DNA from: Chiloscyllium plagiosum
Lineage: Eukaryota
Direction of reading: 5' to 3'
DNA: 20,000 nt
Assembly: GCF_004010195.1 (NCBI RefSeq)
Contig: NC_057751.1
Span: 4,767,615 to 4,787,614 of the forward strand
Shown here piece after piece: positions 19,400 through 20,000 of this stretch. Every line of letters begins with the position of its first letter. The stretch's first letter is position 1. A program made the translations under genes and the position numbers. Under the pieces are notes generated by a model that was not told the DNA's origin, did no database searches, and saw only the letters and a program-made list of their open reading frames with translations.

Positions 19400-19501
19400 A
19401 AGAGGAAAGACCATCAAACATTTAAGATTGCAAGCCCCAACATTAATTTAACACTCAAAATAATGTCAATCCAGAAGACCTCACCCACCCCGGGGAAAAT
19501 T
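19400..19501 (-). pseudogene. Pseudo-exon 1 (102 nt, phase 0-0), NFPRGG*GLLD*HYFEC*INVGACNLKCLMVFPL
   Basis: Acceptor ttgtctttag|, consensus donor CTT|gtaagt; three stops; included because its phase fits the next exon. Confidence 0.35.
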
Positions 19502-19544
19502 CTAAAGACAACCTTAATCAATAGGACGTTCACATTTTTACAAA

Positions 19545-19897
19545 AACATTTCACACGATGAGCGTTGTTGACAAGGTAAGCATTTATTGCCCATCCTACT
19601 TGCCCTTGAACCAAGTGGACTGATCACCCATTTCAGAGAAGTTAAGGTCCAGCACCTTGCTATGGTGCCTGGAGTCACATGCAGCTCAGGAGAACAGATT
19701 TTCTTCCCAGAAGGACATTAGAGTACCAGATTAGTTTTTCTGAAGTTGTTTATAGTCGTCAAGGCAACGTTGACTAGGACTGGATTTTATCTTCTATATA
19801 GATTGGGTTTAGGTTGCACCAGTAGCCATTGTGGGATTTGAACTCATGCCTCGAAGACATTTGCTGGGCCTCTCGATCCAGTCGCACCATCATTACA
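19545..19897 (-). mobile_element. tRNA-derived SINE with LINE-shared 3' tail (old)
   Basis: Reverse box B gagttcaaatcccac (~19831-19845), central aatctggtactctaatgtccttctgggaagaaaatctg, tail caagggcaagtaggatgggcaataaatgct. Confidence 0.7.
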
Positions 19898-19898
19898 T

Positions 19899-20000
19899 CT
19901 CTCTCTCCCTCCCTCCCGTGCCGCTCTCTCTCTCTCTCCCTCCCTCCCGTGCCGCTCTCTCTCCCTCCTTCCCTCCCGTGCCGCTCTCTCTCTCTCTCCC
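19899..20000. repeat. Compound CT-rich minisatellite, ~30-bp unit (ct)n-ccctccctcccgtgccg, runs off the window
   Basis: ccctcccgtgccgctctctctc occurs three times at ~28-32 bp spacing. Confidence 0.95.

Larger units (their letters stand above)
10728..19501 (-). pseudogene. Multi-exon disabled gene, FNDC11 (C20orf195/DUF5581)-like with an FN3 domain; candidate unitary pseudogene, 5' end probably upstream of 19501
   Basis: Seen: nine minus-strand segments with AG acceptors (GT donors for the first eight) whose phases chain (junction phases 0,2,0,0,1,2,2,2): 19501-19400, 19263-19094, 18829-18673, 18582-18472, 18385-18145, 18103-18031, 17791-17593, 13324-13193, 10848-. The spliced translation has 12 in-frame stops (8 TGA, 3 TAG, 1 TAA) and one +1 frameshift. 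Recalled human FNDC11 motifs match in order: WKTYTERRNALREFL~WLTSF*ERHFHTHTQMFL; YYIEV~LYVEV; MKKVGTAQTKIQ~LHKYGKDSVQVQ; IWLMLSTKMPVVF~LELSLS*SPILI; VRNLLPNRSYKF~VSHLQPQTDYKF. Confidence 0.6.

Noticed and set aside
10280..19501. Many in-frame TGA codons read as selenocysteine or programmed readthrough
   Set aside because: TAG/TAA stops and frameshifts also occur, no SECIS was recognised and there is no selenoprotein motif; CpG decay is simpler.
19292..19561. 89-aa acidic plus-strand ORF (MTENKDQESWADEEQ...)
   Set aside because: No homology recognised, runs into a SINE tail and overlaps the minus-strand pseudo-exon/intron structure.

Overview
Repeat-dense vertebrate genomic DNA, almost certainly from a shark or other elasmobranch (HE1-type SINE, Deu-type SINEs, abundant CR1 LINEs, Penelope-type repeats). 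Most of the window is decayed retroelement: many CR1 fragments including a near-full-length copy at about 13.5-16.9 kb with an internal ~0.49 kb duplication, a Rex1/Babar LINE nested in a CR1, L2 tails and tRNA-derived SINEs. No intact protein-coding gene is visible, and nearly all supplied ORFs are retroelement debris or antisense shadows. Two things stand out. (1) The non-repetitive islands on the minus strand form a chain of at least 9 GT-AG exons with mutually compatible phases (19501 to ~10728, possibly on to ~1800). Together they encode a disabled protein (12 stops and a frameshift in the first 7 exons) with an FN3 domain and motif-level similarity to FNDC11/C20orf195, i.e. a candidate unitary pseudogene of an intron-rich FNDC11-like gene. 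(2) Short Penelope pseudo-LTR-type elements carry minimal hammerhead-ribozyme motifs (CUGAUGA..stem..GAAA.GUH). Three insertions have 9-15 bp target-site duplications, one of these is an inverted-repeat insertion, and another copy is a ~306-nt terminally redundant, retrozyme-like unit. Family names and the FNDC11 comparison come from recalled consensus sequences, not from a search.
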